A stretch of DNA of 64,000 bases from Candidatus Brocadiia bacterium (GTDB lineage Bacteria > Planctomycetota > Brocadiia > CAIUPP01), in contig JBEKCB010000001.1 of assembly GCA_050015075.1 (NCBI GenBank), positions 32,001-96,000 on the forward strand, given 5' to 3'. The notes below the pieces were generated by a model. It saw only the letters and a list, made by a program, of their open reading frames with translations, was not told where the DNA came from and ran no database searches. Made by a program: the position numbers and the translations under genes. Below are positions 20,237 to 28,442 of the stretch, piece after piece; position 1 is the stretch's first letter, and each line of letters begins with the position of its first letter.

Positions 20237-21520
20237 AGCCGTCCCGTACTGCGCCAGGACCAGCCGGATGGCGGTGTCGCCGTGGGAGAGGACGCGGATG
20301 CGCAGGCGCTCGATCATCAGCGCGGGCGCGGCGGAAAAGCCGTAGCAGAAATCCACGTAGCGGATCGCCTCGAGGATGTCCTCCAGGGTGGTCTGCGAAT
20401 CGCCGCGCGCGACCGTGCGCGCGCGGGCGTACCACATCACCGCGCCCGCCGAGAGCAGCAGGAACTCCAGCCCCGACCGCAGCGGATAGTCGAAGAAGAG
20501 CTTGCCGAAATGCTGCTTGCCGTAGAGCTTCGCGGCGAGGAACCGCGAGATGGCCATCTCGGCCTCGGCGTCGAGCGGCTGCGGGCTCAACGCGGCGACC
20601 TTCGCCAGCGGCGCCGGCCCGGGCATGGCGACCAGCGGCGGCGCGCCCGCGCCGAAGGTGAACTGCACGCCGGTCCAGAACGTCCGCAGCCGCGCGCCGA
20701 GCTTGCCGAACAGGTTCATCTCGCGGTACGATCCGCCCTGCCGGCGCTGGAACAGGAAACAGAACTGCCGGAACAGCATCCGCGAAAGCGCGTTCGCCGG
20801 GCCGGGCATCGGCTCGGTCTCGGCTTCGAGGAGCAGCCCGGTCTCGAGGATCCCGATGAACTCGCGGAACTTCGGCCCGCGCACGCGGGCGAGGTTCGCC
20901 TCGTGGAGCACGTCCACGAACTTCTGCGCCAGGAACAGCCGCCGCGCCAGCGGCAGGTCGTCGCGCAGGAAGACGCGGATCAGCGCCTCCTCCAGCGCCA
21001 GGTAATCCGCCCACGGCAGCCGGCGCCGCGCGTCCCAGGCGACCTGGTCGCCGTAGCGCGGCACGCGCCCGGCCTCGACGCAGAGCGCGAGCTGCTTCTG
21101 CAGGCAGTCCATCCGCCGCGCGAGCGGCTCGCCGAGCCCGTACGCCATCGCCTTGCAACTGAACCGGCAGCCGGTGTAGACGCCGCTGGGCGTCTCGGCG
21201 AACGTGAACGGATACACGGAGCAGCCGAGCGTCTTGCCGAACTCGCCGACGTGCTTGTGCATGCGGCACTTGTTCCCGTCGAGGAAGACGCAGGCGCCGT
21301 CGGCGGCATAGCGGAGGCGATACGCGTCGGGATTCCCGAACTCGCGCAGCGGCGCGGCCCATTCCTTGCCGGCGAGGGCGGGCTCGAGTTGGCCCCAGTC
21401 GAGCTTGGACAGGCGCTCGAAGTCGGCGCGCGAGAAGCTGATGTCGTACTGGTGGCAGCACCAGCCGCAGAGCTGGCAGGCGTAGTTGACGAACCCCGGC
21501 GCGTGAAGGCTGGCGGGCAC
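20222..21520 (-). CDS. YkgJ-family cysteine-cluster (Fe-S/Zn) protein with long C-terminal extension
   Basis: CQLCGWCC ... CVFLDGNKCRMH ... CSVYPF pattern. Confidence 0.8.
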   Translation of the reverse strand: MPASLHAPGFVNYACQLCGWCCHQYDISFSRADFERLSKLDWGQLEPALAGKEWAAPLREFGNPDAYRLRYAADGACVFLDGNKCRMHKHVGEFGKTLGCSVYPFTFAETPSGVYTGCRFSCKAMAYGLGEPLARRMDCLQKQLALCVEAGRVPRYGDQVAWDARRRLPWADYLALEEALIRVFLRDDLPLARRLFLAQKFVDVLHEANLARVRGPKFREFIGILETGLLLEAETEPMPGPANALSRMLFRQFCFLFQRRQGGSYREMNLFGKLGARLRTFWTGVQFTFGAGAPPLVAMPGPAPLAKVAALSPQPLDAEAEMAISRFLAAKLYGKQHFGKLFFDYPLRSGLEFLLLSAGAVMWYARARTVARGDSQTTLEDILEAIRYVDFCYGFSAAPALMIERLRIRVLSHGDTAIRLVLAQYGTADDGR

Positions 21521-21564
21521 GGAATGGCGTCCTTATCAATCAGCAGATTGGAGACAAGCCGCTC

Positions 21565-21613
21565 GCAGTGTGCCCGTCAGGGCATACGAATTAGCGCCCG
21601 ACGGCGCCACTAC
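21565..21613. repeat. 49-bp GTAG-type REP doublet, copy 4
   Basis: GCAGTGTGCCCGTCAGGGCATACGAATTAGCGCCCGACGGCGCCACTAC. Confidence 0.85.
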
Positions 21614-21644
21614 GAACCGCTCCGCGTTCTGTCTCCCGCACTCT

Positions 21645-22466
21645 CTATTCTGAATTCCGAACGTTCGGCTCGAACGACAGCTTGCGGCAGATTTTCTCCG
21701 CGCCCTTGAGGCCGGGCCTTATGCGGAAGGCGATCTCGAGATGGCGGCGGGCGCCTTCGGTGTCGCCGATGGCCAGGTGGCATTCGGCGACTTTTTTGTG
21801 GAGGAACGCTTTCCGCTGAGGCGTCAGTTCGAGGCCCAGCGCGCGCAGGTAGTATTGCGCCGCCGCGGCCGGCCCGCTGGTCGGCGCGGCGTCGCGGCAG
21901 CAGACGTGCAGGATCCGGTCGCGCAGCTCGTGCGCGAAGTACGAGAACCGGGTCCGCGCCGCCTCGGAATGGTAGAGATCCTCGTACAGCGCCAGCGCGC
22001 GCTCGAAATCGGAGCGCCGCTGGTACTCCTCGGCGAGGAGGAACTTGCAGTCCACCCAGTCGCGCAGCTCCAGGTGATGGCTCAGGTCGTAGCCGCTGTT
22101 GGCGCGGACGAGGCGCTCGTACAGCTCCATCGCCTGCGCGACGTTGCCGCCGAGCAGGTCGTAGAGGACGCGCTCGGCCTGCGCGCGGGGATGCTCGCCT
22201 TCGGGGCGCTGCTTGGGGCGGATGGAGGACTTGCGGCGCTCGCGCTCATGGAGGACGGCGTGACGGCGGTCGTACGCCTCGCGGAGGCCGGCGTGCGAGA
22301 GCACGCGGTGCGCCTCGATCAGGGACTTGATCTGCGCGGTGGCCCATTGCGTGCGGCCGGCGTTGCGGTCCGGGTGATACTTCTTCGCCAGCGCCCGGAA
22401 CGCCCGCTTGATCTCCTGCCGGGAAGCGTTCGACGGCACGCCAAGGGTTTTGTAGTGGTCGAGCAT
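21645..22466 (-). CDS. J-domain (DnaJ-like) protein with TPR-like C-terminus
   Basis: DHYKTLGV...EIKRAFRALAKKYHPD; helical repeats in the C-terminal half. Confidence 0.88.
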   Translation of the reverse strand: MLDHYKTLGVPSNASRQEIKRAFRALAKKYHPDRNAGRTQWATAQIKSLIEAHRVLSHAGLREAYDRRHAVLHERERRKSSIRPKQRPEGEHPRAQAERVLYDLLGGNVAQAMELYERLVRANSGYDLSHHLELRDWVDCKFLLAEEYQRRSDFERALALYEDLYHSEAARTRFSYFAHELRDRILHVCCRDAAPTSGPAAAAQYYLRALGLELTPQRKAFLHKKVAECHLAIGDTEGARRHLEIAFRIRPGLKGAEKICRKLSFEPNVRNSE

Positions 22467-22618
22467 GGGTCAATAATGCCGATTGCCGACTTCCGAATGC
22501 CGAATGTGGGAAAGAGGTCGGGCTTCGCCCGTTCTAAGCGCGCTGCCGCGCGCATGAACCGGCCATTCTCTGCTCATTTCCATTTTTCCTTCAAATCCGG
22601 CATTCGGCAATTTCAGGG

Positions 22619-23245
22619 CTACTTCGCCGCAGGCGCCGCGGCCGGCGGTTGCGCGGCGGGCGGCTCGGCGGCGGGTTTCCGCTCGCCGGCGATGCCGCCG
22701 GAGAAGACGAAGGCCATGACGTCGGGCGTCGGCTTATCCACCGGCCGCACGCATTCCTTCGGGACGACGACCAGGTTGCCGCCGAAGTTGAATGCCGCCG
22801 GGATGTAAACGGCCACCTGGTCCTTCAGGCCCCAGCTCTCCATCGTCGCGCAGGTGACGAAGCCGACGAACTTGAGGTCGCTCTGCGGGATGGCGCTGAC
22901 GAGCACCGGCCGGTTGAACCGCTTCTTCTTGCCCACGAATGAGCCGAGCAGGTCTTTAAGCGACGAGTGGAACAGCTTGATCAGCGGGAACCGGTCGAAT
23001 TGCTGGTCGGCCAACTGCATCAGCGGGTGCGTGAGCAAGTTGGACGAGAGGAACCCGATGATCGTGAGCAGCGGTACGCCCACAATGAAAGCGATGACGA
23101 ACCCCACGCCGATCGTTTGCAGGTGGAACAGGCTCCGGACCGGCTCGTCAATCATGTTGAAGAGCCAGTAGAGGACCAGCATCGTGATCCACGCCGGCGC
23201 CGCAAACAGCAGTCCCTGAAAGAAATAGCGCGCTAACCGTCTCAT
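22619..23245 (-). CDS. DUF502-family membrane protein
   Basis: FFQGLLFAAP, PLIKLFHSSLKDL, FNRPVLV, AVYIP..FNFGGN, FVFSGG. Confidence 0.88.
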   Translation of the reverse strand: MRRLARYFFQGLLFAAPAWITMLVLYWLFNMIDEPVRSLFHLQTIGVGFVIAFIVGVPLLTIIGFLSSNLLTHPLMQLADQQFDRFPLIKLFHSSLKDLLGSFVGKKKRFNRPVLVSAIPQSDLKFVGFVTCATMESWGLKDQVAVYIPAAFNFGGNLVVVPKECVRPVDKPTPDVMAFVFSGGIAGERKPAAEPPAAQPPAAAPAAK

Positions 23246-23327
23246 CGGTCGTCTCCTTCGCTCCGGGCCATCGGAACCGTCTCTGCCATCCTAATCGGAA
23301 TATGTTTCAAAGACAACCGGAAAGCTA

Positions 23328-23357
23328 TTGACAAGCGGCACGAAAAAAGCCTAGAAT
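23328..23357 (+). promoter_or_regulatory. Sigma70-type promoter
   Basis: TTGACA-N18-TAGAAT upstream of the small lipoprotein gene. Confidence 0.55.
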
Positions 23358-23459
23358 TGCTTCCCGAAACAATTTTTGATCGAGTTGATGACGGTGCAGG
23401 GTTATCGAACTGGGTTCGGCGTCGTCATTGGCAGATCTTTTTTTCGGAAGGAGCGCGCG

Positions 23460-23624
23460 ATGAGAAGGACGATCGTGGCATTAATGGTCGTGGCGGGAAT
23501 GACGATGGCGATGGCGATGGCGGGCTGCGGCCCGAGCGCCGACGAAAATGCCCCCAAGCATCCGGCCGGCATGCCCACAACCACACCGCAGCCTCCGGCC
23601 GAGAAGGCTCCAGCCCAGAAGTAA
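23460..23624 (+). CDS. Small Pro-rich lipoprotein
   Basis: AAGGAG RBS; MRRTIVALMVVAGMTMAMAMAG|C lipobox; 54 aa. Confidence 0.65.
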   Translation: MRRTIVALMVVAGMTMAMAMAGCGPSADENAPKHPAGMPTTTPQPPAEKAPAQK

Positions 23625-23718
23625 TGCGGCCATCAAGTCGGCCCGCCTCGGTTTAATCCGAGGGAGCCGGTCGTATGCAATTCCGGCGCTCGCGCAATCG
23701 CAACGCGCGCAGTCCTGG

Positions 23719-23772
23719 TCCGCCTTTCCATCGCCCGCTGCACGGCGGGCGATGGAAGGCGGATTGCTTTTT
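23719..23772 (+). terminator. Long GC-rich hairpin followed by a T-tract (likely intrinsic terminator)
   Basis: TCCGCCTTTCCATCGCCCGC / GCGGGCGATGGAAGGCGGA then TTGCTTTTT. Confidence 0.55.
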
Positions 23773-23835
23773 AAGCGGCCGCCTGCGATGACGGCTTTGG
23801 GCAGCCTTCCGGAACGCCGCCTTCAAGCGCCGGGC

Positions 23836-23863
23836 TTGCAAAACTTCGTCGCAAGGTTACAAT
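23836..23863 (+). promoter_or_regulatory. Candidate promoter for the DUF350-like/Hint-Tim44 operon
   Basis: TTGCAA-N16-TACAAT. Confidence 0.5.
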
Positions 23864-23930
23864 GATGCTGCGCTCCGAAGGCCGGCGCGGACAGCGAGAC
23901 GCGCACCTTCGAGTTCAAGGAGGGGAAATC

Positions 23931-24203
23931 ATGGGCGGGCACGTGCAATACATCGGCTGGACGGTGGTGATCGCGCTGGTGGGCGGCGTGGTGGGCATTG
24001 CGCTGGTGCTGGTTTCCTCGGCGTTTCTGCCGTGGTTCATCGGCCGCATGACGCCGGCGATGGACGAGGAGAAGGAGATCGCGCGCGGCAACGTCGCGGC
24101 GGCGGAGTACTTCGGCCGGGTGGTCGCCGCGAGCATTCTGGGCATGAGCGTGGTGGTGGCGGCGGCGATCCTCGGCGCCATCATCGCGGTGCTTTCCTCG
24201 TAA
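23931..24203 (+). CDS. DUF350-like small membrane protein
   Basis: AAGGAGG RBS; two TM helices separated by MTPAMDEEKEIARGNVAAA, the TP.ld..kEI..GN.A.A pattern of DUF350. Confidence 0.78.
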   Translation: MGGHVQYIGWTVVIALVGGVVGIALVLVSSAFLPWFIGRMTPAMDEEKEIARGNVAAAEYFGRVVAASILGMSVVVAAAILGAIIAVLSS

Positions 24204-24222
24204 CCGCCGAGGAGGCAAGCCG

Positions 24223-26856
24223 ATGACGGACTCCGGAACCGGAAAGAAGTTCGGGCGCGGCGTCATCGCGCTGATGCTGGCGCTCCTGGCGGCCGGCGCC
24301 GCGTTCGCGCGCGGCGGCGGCGGCTGCCTCGAAGAGGGCACGGCGGTCCTGACGCCGTCCGGCCCGGTCGCCGTCGAGCGCCTGGCGCCGGGCGACGAGG
24401 TCCTTTCCGTCTGCGGCGGCCGGTTGATCCGGGCGACGGTCGCGGCGCGCACGCAGGTTCAGCCGGAAGAATACATTGTCCTTCGCGTAGCCGGGCGAGT
24501 GCTGCGCGTGACGGCCGAGCATCCGCTGGCGGTTGCGCCCGGCACGTTCCGCGAGGCGTCTTATCTGCGCGCCGGCGACGCGCTGCTCCTGCGCGAGGGC
24601 GACTCCAGCCGCCGGACGCCGATCGAGGCGGTCGCGCGCGTCGAAGCCGGGCGGCCTGCCTACAATCTCCTGGTCACTCCCGGCGGCACTTATCTGGCCG
24701 ACGGCCTGATCGTCCATAACAAGGGCTGCTTCCTGCCGGATACGCCGATCCTCCGCGCCGACGGGAGCGAGACCGCCATCGCGGACGTGCGGCCGGGCGA
24801 GAAACTGCTGGCGTTCACTCCCGCGGGCGAGATCGTGACCGCCACGGTCGCCGCCGTGCTGGCGATCGAGGTGGACGAATATGCCGTAGTCACTACGGAC
24901 CGCGTCACGGTGCACGTCACGGTCGAACATCCGTTCTACGTCGGCGACGGGACGTTCAAGACGCTCGAGGCGCTGAAGGTCGGCGACTCGATTTTCGCCT
25001 GGGACGGCCTGGGCCTGAGCGCGCAGCCGATTCGCAGCATCGAGCGCGTCCAGAGTCGCACGCGCGTTTACAACCTTCAGACCGACGCTCCGCACACGTA
25101 CTTCGCCTCCGGCATCGCCGTGCACAACAAGGGCGGCGGTGGCGGCTGTTTTCCTGCGGGCACGCAGATCAGCACGCCGGGCGGCAGCGCGGCGATCGAG
25201 ACGCTTCGGCCGGGCGATATCGTCCTCTCCGTGGGGCCGGATCGGCGGACGGCGGATTCGCAGGTCGAGGCGGTCCAGACCGCCTCCACGCCGATCACGG
25301 TCGTCTCCACGACGGCGGGCGAGTTGAAGACCACCGCCGAACATCCGCTGATGACGGCCGACGGCTCTTTCCGGCCGGCCGGCGAGTTGCAGCCCGGCGA
25401 CCGGATCCGCGTTTTCCGCGCCGGGCGCGTCGAGTCCGCCTCGGTCATCGAATGCCGCTCGACCGGCGAGGCGTGCCCGGTGTTCAACCTGCGCGTCGGC
25501 GACCCGCACACGTTCATCGCCGACGGATTCGTGGTCCACAACAAAGGCGGCGGCGGTGGAGGCTTCGGCGGAGGCGGCGGGTTCCACGGCGGCGGGGACC
25601 TGGACGCGACGGGCGCCCTGTTCCTCTTCGGCTTTATCGCCCTCTTCATTTTGGTGTCTGTCGTAAGCCAGAAACTGAAGGCGCGCGACGAGAACCTGGA
25701 CTTTTCGTACAGCCCTTCCGCAAGTGCGAACAAGGCGGACAAGACCCGAAAGCTGCTGGAGTTCATCGCGAAGAGCGATCCCAAGTTCGCGCCGGACCTC
25801 CTGGCGGGCACGGCCCGGTCCACGTTCGTGCTGCTCCAGAAGTGCTGGCAGGCGCGCGATTATGGGCCGATGAAGCCGCTCTTGATGCCCGATCTGTACG
25901 CCGAGCACCTGGGGCAGATTCAGGGCATGATCCGCGACCACGAGATCAACGTCATCGAGGGACTGCTCGTCGACGGGGTGGACCTGGTGAACGTGCGCTA
26001 CCCGAACGACCCCAACGGGCGCGAGTTCACTGCGCTCATCAGCGCCACCGCGCAGGACTACTACATTGACGACCGGACGCACAGCTTCGTGCGCGGCGAC
26101 GAGGAGGCGGAGCCGTTCCAGGAGTTCTGGACGTTCCACCTCGTGGACGGGCATTGGCTGCTGCGCGAGATCGAGCAGACGAAGGAGTCCGACGCGCTCA
26201 AGACGGACAATTTCTTCGAGCCGTTCACCGATCACGGTGTCAACCAGGTCTATGCGGAAACGGCCGGCCGCGAAGGGCCGGTCGGGCCGTCGGTCGAGGC
26301 CGGCGAGGAATTGAAGGTCACGCGCGTCGAGCGGCTGCTGAACTATCTCGTCGAGAACGACAAGCTCTGGGACCGGCAGGCGATGTCGGAGCGGGCGCGC
26401 AAGGTCTTCCTCGAGGTCTGTCTCGCGCGCGAGGAAGGCGATCCGGAGCACGTCCCGTCGGCGGACCTGTTCCCCGAGATCGCCGCGCACCTGAAGGAGG
26501 AAATCCGCAGCCGCCAGGCGGAGGGCGCTTCCATCGAGTTCCGCAATCTCTGCGTGCGCAAGGTGGACCTGGTCCTGGTCCGCAATTACAGCGACAAGAC
26601 GCAGGACGAATTCACCACGCGGATCAGCGCGCACGCGCAACAAGTCGTGCGCCGCAGCGGCCAGGTCGTGAGCGAGCAGCCGTACGTCACGCCGTTCGAG
26701 CAATACTGGACGTTCGGCCGGCTGGACGATCAATGGAAGCTCAAGGAAGTGGAGCCGCCCGCGAAGGGCCTCGAGATGGTCGGACAGGAGAATGTGGACG
26801 AAGGCGTCCCCGCCGCGCAGCTCGAGTGGTACTACCAGCACCCGCGCGCGACTTAA
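24223..26856 (+). CDS. Signal-peptide membrane protein with three tandem Hint (BIL/intein-like) domains and two Tim44-like domains
   Basis: GAGGAGG RBS; signal peptide ending AFA|R; three C...TxEHP...(Y/F)NL...VHN units; Gly-rich stretch; TM helix; two repeats ending PF(Q)E(F/Q)(Y)WTF...W.L.E(I/V)E. Confidence 0.9.
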   Translation: MTDSGTGKKFGRGVIALMLALLAAGAAFARGGGGCLEEGTAVLTPSGPVAVERLAPGDEVLSVCGGRLIRATVAARTQVQPEEYIVLRVAGRVLRVTAEHPLAVAPGTFREASYLRAGDALLLREGDSSRRTPIEAVARVEAGRPAYNLLVTPGGTYLADGLIVHNKGCFLPDTPILRADGSETAIADVRPGEKLLAFTPAGEIVTATVAAVLAIEVDEYAVVTTDRVTVHVTVEHPFYVGDGTFKTLEALKVGDSIFAWDGLGLSAQPIRSIERVQSRTRVYNLQTDAPHTYFASGIAVHNKGGGGGCFPAGTQISTPGGSAAIETLRPGDIVLSVGPDRRTADSQVEAVQTASTPITVVSTTAGELKTTAEHPLMTADGSFRPAGELQPGDRIRVFRAGRVESASVIECRSTGEACPVFNLRVGDPHTFIADGFVVHNKGGGGGGFGGGGGFHGGGDLDATGALFLFGFIALFILVSVVSQKLKARDENLDFSYSPSASANKADKTRKLLEFIAKSDPKFAPDLLAGTARSTFVLLQKCWQARDYGPMKPLLMPDLYAEHLGQIQGMIRDHEINVIEGLLVDGVDLVNVRYPNDPNGREFTALISATAQDYYIDDRTHSFVRGDEEAEPFQEFWTFHLVDGHWLLREIEQTKESDALKTDNFFEPFTDHGVNQVYAETAGREGPVGPSVEAGEELKVTRVERLLNYLVENDKLWDRQAMSERARKVFLEVCLAREEGDPEHVPSADLFPEIAAHLKEEIRSRQAEGASIEFRNLCVRKVDLVLVRNYSDKTQDEFTTRISAHAQQVVRRSGQVVSEQPYVTPFEQYWTFGRLDDQWKLKEVEPPAKGLEMVGQENVDEGVPAAQLEWYYQHPRAT
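24325..24720 (+). other. Hint domain 1 (132 aa)
   Basis: CLEEGTAV...VTAEHPL...AYNLLV..GGTYLADGLIVHN. Confidence 0.9.
24727..25128 (+). other. Hint domain 2 (134 aa)
   Basis: CFLPDTPI...VTVEHPF...VYNLQTDAPHTYFASGIAVHN. Confidence 0.9.
25147..25542 (+). other. Hint domain 3 (132 aa)
   Basis: CFPAGTQI...TTAEHPL...VFNLRVGDPHTFIADGFVVHN. Confidence 0.9.
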
Positions 26857-26868
26857 CGGCCGTTATTG

Positions 26869-27388
26869 AACCACCAAGGCGCCAAGGGGCAAAGAGACAA
26901 CGTCTTCCACCACGGAATACACGGAGCACACCGAATGACTTTCCCAAACGGCTTCAGTGTCTTCCGTGTACTCCGTGGTTGCAATATCAGTTGGCGTTCA
27001 AGACACCAAGGCGCATAGAGATAACGGCTTCCACCACGGAATACACGGAGCACACGGAATGACTTTCCTAAACAGCTTCAGTGTCTTCCGTGTACTCCGT
27101 GGTTGCAATATCAGTTGGCGTTCAAGACACCAAGGCGCATAGAGATAACGGCTTCCACCACGGAATACACGGAGCACACGGAATGACTTTCCTAAACAGC
27201 TTCAGTGTCTTCCGTGTATTCCGTGGTTGCAATATCAGTTGGCGTTCAAGACACCAAGGCGCATAGAGATAACGGCTTCCACCACGGAATACGCGGAGCA
27301 CACGGAATGACTTTCCTAAACAGCTTCAGTGTCTTCCGTGTATTCCGTGGTTGCAATATCAGTTGGCGCTCTTGGCGTCTTGCAGGTG
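26869..27388 (+). repeat. Tandem array of four ~124-bp units of the nested-palindrome element
   Basis: Near-identical units with a 124-bp period (the same short ORF recurs at 26957, 27081, 27205 and 27329). Confidence 0.95.
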
Positions 27389-27418
27389 AATAAAAAACCA
27401 AATTTCGAAAGAGGTCCC

Positions 27419-28426
27419 ATGCCGATGACATCCCGCGAAATCATCAAGCGCCATCTTGAATTCGCCGGCCCCGACCGGATCGGCCTCAACTTCACCGACG
27501 GCCGGGCCGACGATTTCTGCGAGGTCTGGCTCGGTCCGTCTCCGGTCTGGCGCGAGCGCCGATGGACGGAGGGCCGGCAGGAGTTCTACACCGATGAGTG
27601 GGGCAACACCTGGTTCCGCATGGCGGGCATGGGCCGCGGCGGCGAAATTTATCAGCCCGCGCTGACGGAGTGGGACCAACTGAAGGACTATCGCCTGCCG
27701 GACATGGCCGCGCCGGAACGGTACTCCACGGCGCGCCGGAAATTCGCGGCCGAGAAGGAGCGCTATCGGCTCGGCGGGCTGCCCGGGTTCCCGTTCGCGA
27801 TCTGCCGCTACCTGCGGAAGATGGAGAACTATTTCAAGGACCTTCTGCTGGAGCGCGAGCGCGTGGACGAGCTGCACGACCGCGTGGCGGCGCTGCTCGA
27901 GAACGTGATCGCGCAATACGCGCAGGCCGGGGCGGACGGCGTTATCTTCTGCGAGGACTGGGGCACACAGGAGCGGCTGCTGGTCAGCCCTGCGATGTGG
28001 CGCGAGATCTTCAAGCCGCTGTTCCGGCGCCTGTGCGCCGCCGCCCACGCGCGCGGCCTGCACGTGCTCATGCACTCGTGCGGTAACGTGCGCGACATCC
28101 TCGGCGACCTGGCCGAGGCCGGCGTGAACTGCATGCAGTTCGACCAGCCGGCGCTCTATGGGCTCGAACCGCTCGCGGCGCGGCTCCAGGCCGTGAAGCT
28201 CTGCCTCTTCTCGCCGGTGGACATCCAGCAGGTGCTGCCGAGCGGCGACCGGGCGCGGATCGTCGCCGAGGCGCGGCGCATGGCGGAGCTTTTCAACGGC
28301 CGGCGCGGCGGGTTCATCGCCAGGAATTACGCCGACCTCAAGGGCATCGGCGTCCAGCCGGAATGGGACGGCTGGGCGTACGAGACGTTCCTCGAATGCG
28401 CGGGCGGGAAACTCGCGAAGGCTTGA
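27419..28426 (+). CDS. Uroporphyrinogen decarboxylase (URO-D/MtaA-like) superfamily protein
   Basis: TDEWG, FCEDWGTQERLLVSP..WREIFKP, MHSCG, PVDIQ. Confidence 0.87.
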   Translation: MPMTSREIIKRHLEFAGPDRIGLNFTDGRADDFCEVWLGPSPVWRERRWTEGRQEFYTDEWGNTWFRMAGMGRGGEIYQPALTEWDQLKDYRLPDMAAPERYSTARRKFAAEKERYRLGGLPGFPFAICRYLRKMENYFKDLLLERERVDELHDRVAALLENVIAQYAQAGADGVIFCEDWGTQERLLVSPAMWREIFKPLFRRLCAAAHARGLHVLMHSCGNVRDILGDLAEAGVNCMQFDQPALYGLEPLAARLQAVKLCLFSPVDIQQVLPSGDRARIVAEARRMAELFNGRRGGFIARNYADLKGIGVQPEWDGWAYETFLECAGGKLAKA

Positions 28427-28442
28427 CCGGCCGCCCGATTCG

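Noticed and set aside
24325-25542. Canonical mobile inteins with homing endonucleases
   Set aside because: Only 132-134 aa each, no LAGLIDADG/HNH insert, and the +1 residue is Lys rather than Cys/Ser/Thr.
24223-26856. Polymorphic toxin with pretoxin Hint domain
   Set aside because: No RHS or filamentous stalk, no C-terminal toxin domain and no downstream immunity gene; the C-terminus is a TM helix plus Tim44-like domains.
26869-27388. CRISPR array
   Set aside because: The units are near-identical over the full 124 bp with no unique spacers, and there are no cas genes in the window.
26957-27393. Repeated 61-62 aa ORFs (MSSVYSVVAISVG...)
   Set aside because: By-products of the tandem DNA repeat; each lies in a different frame and has no RBS.
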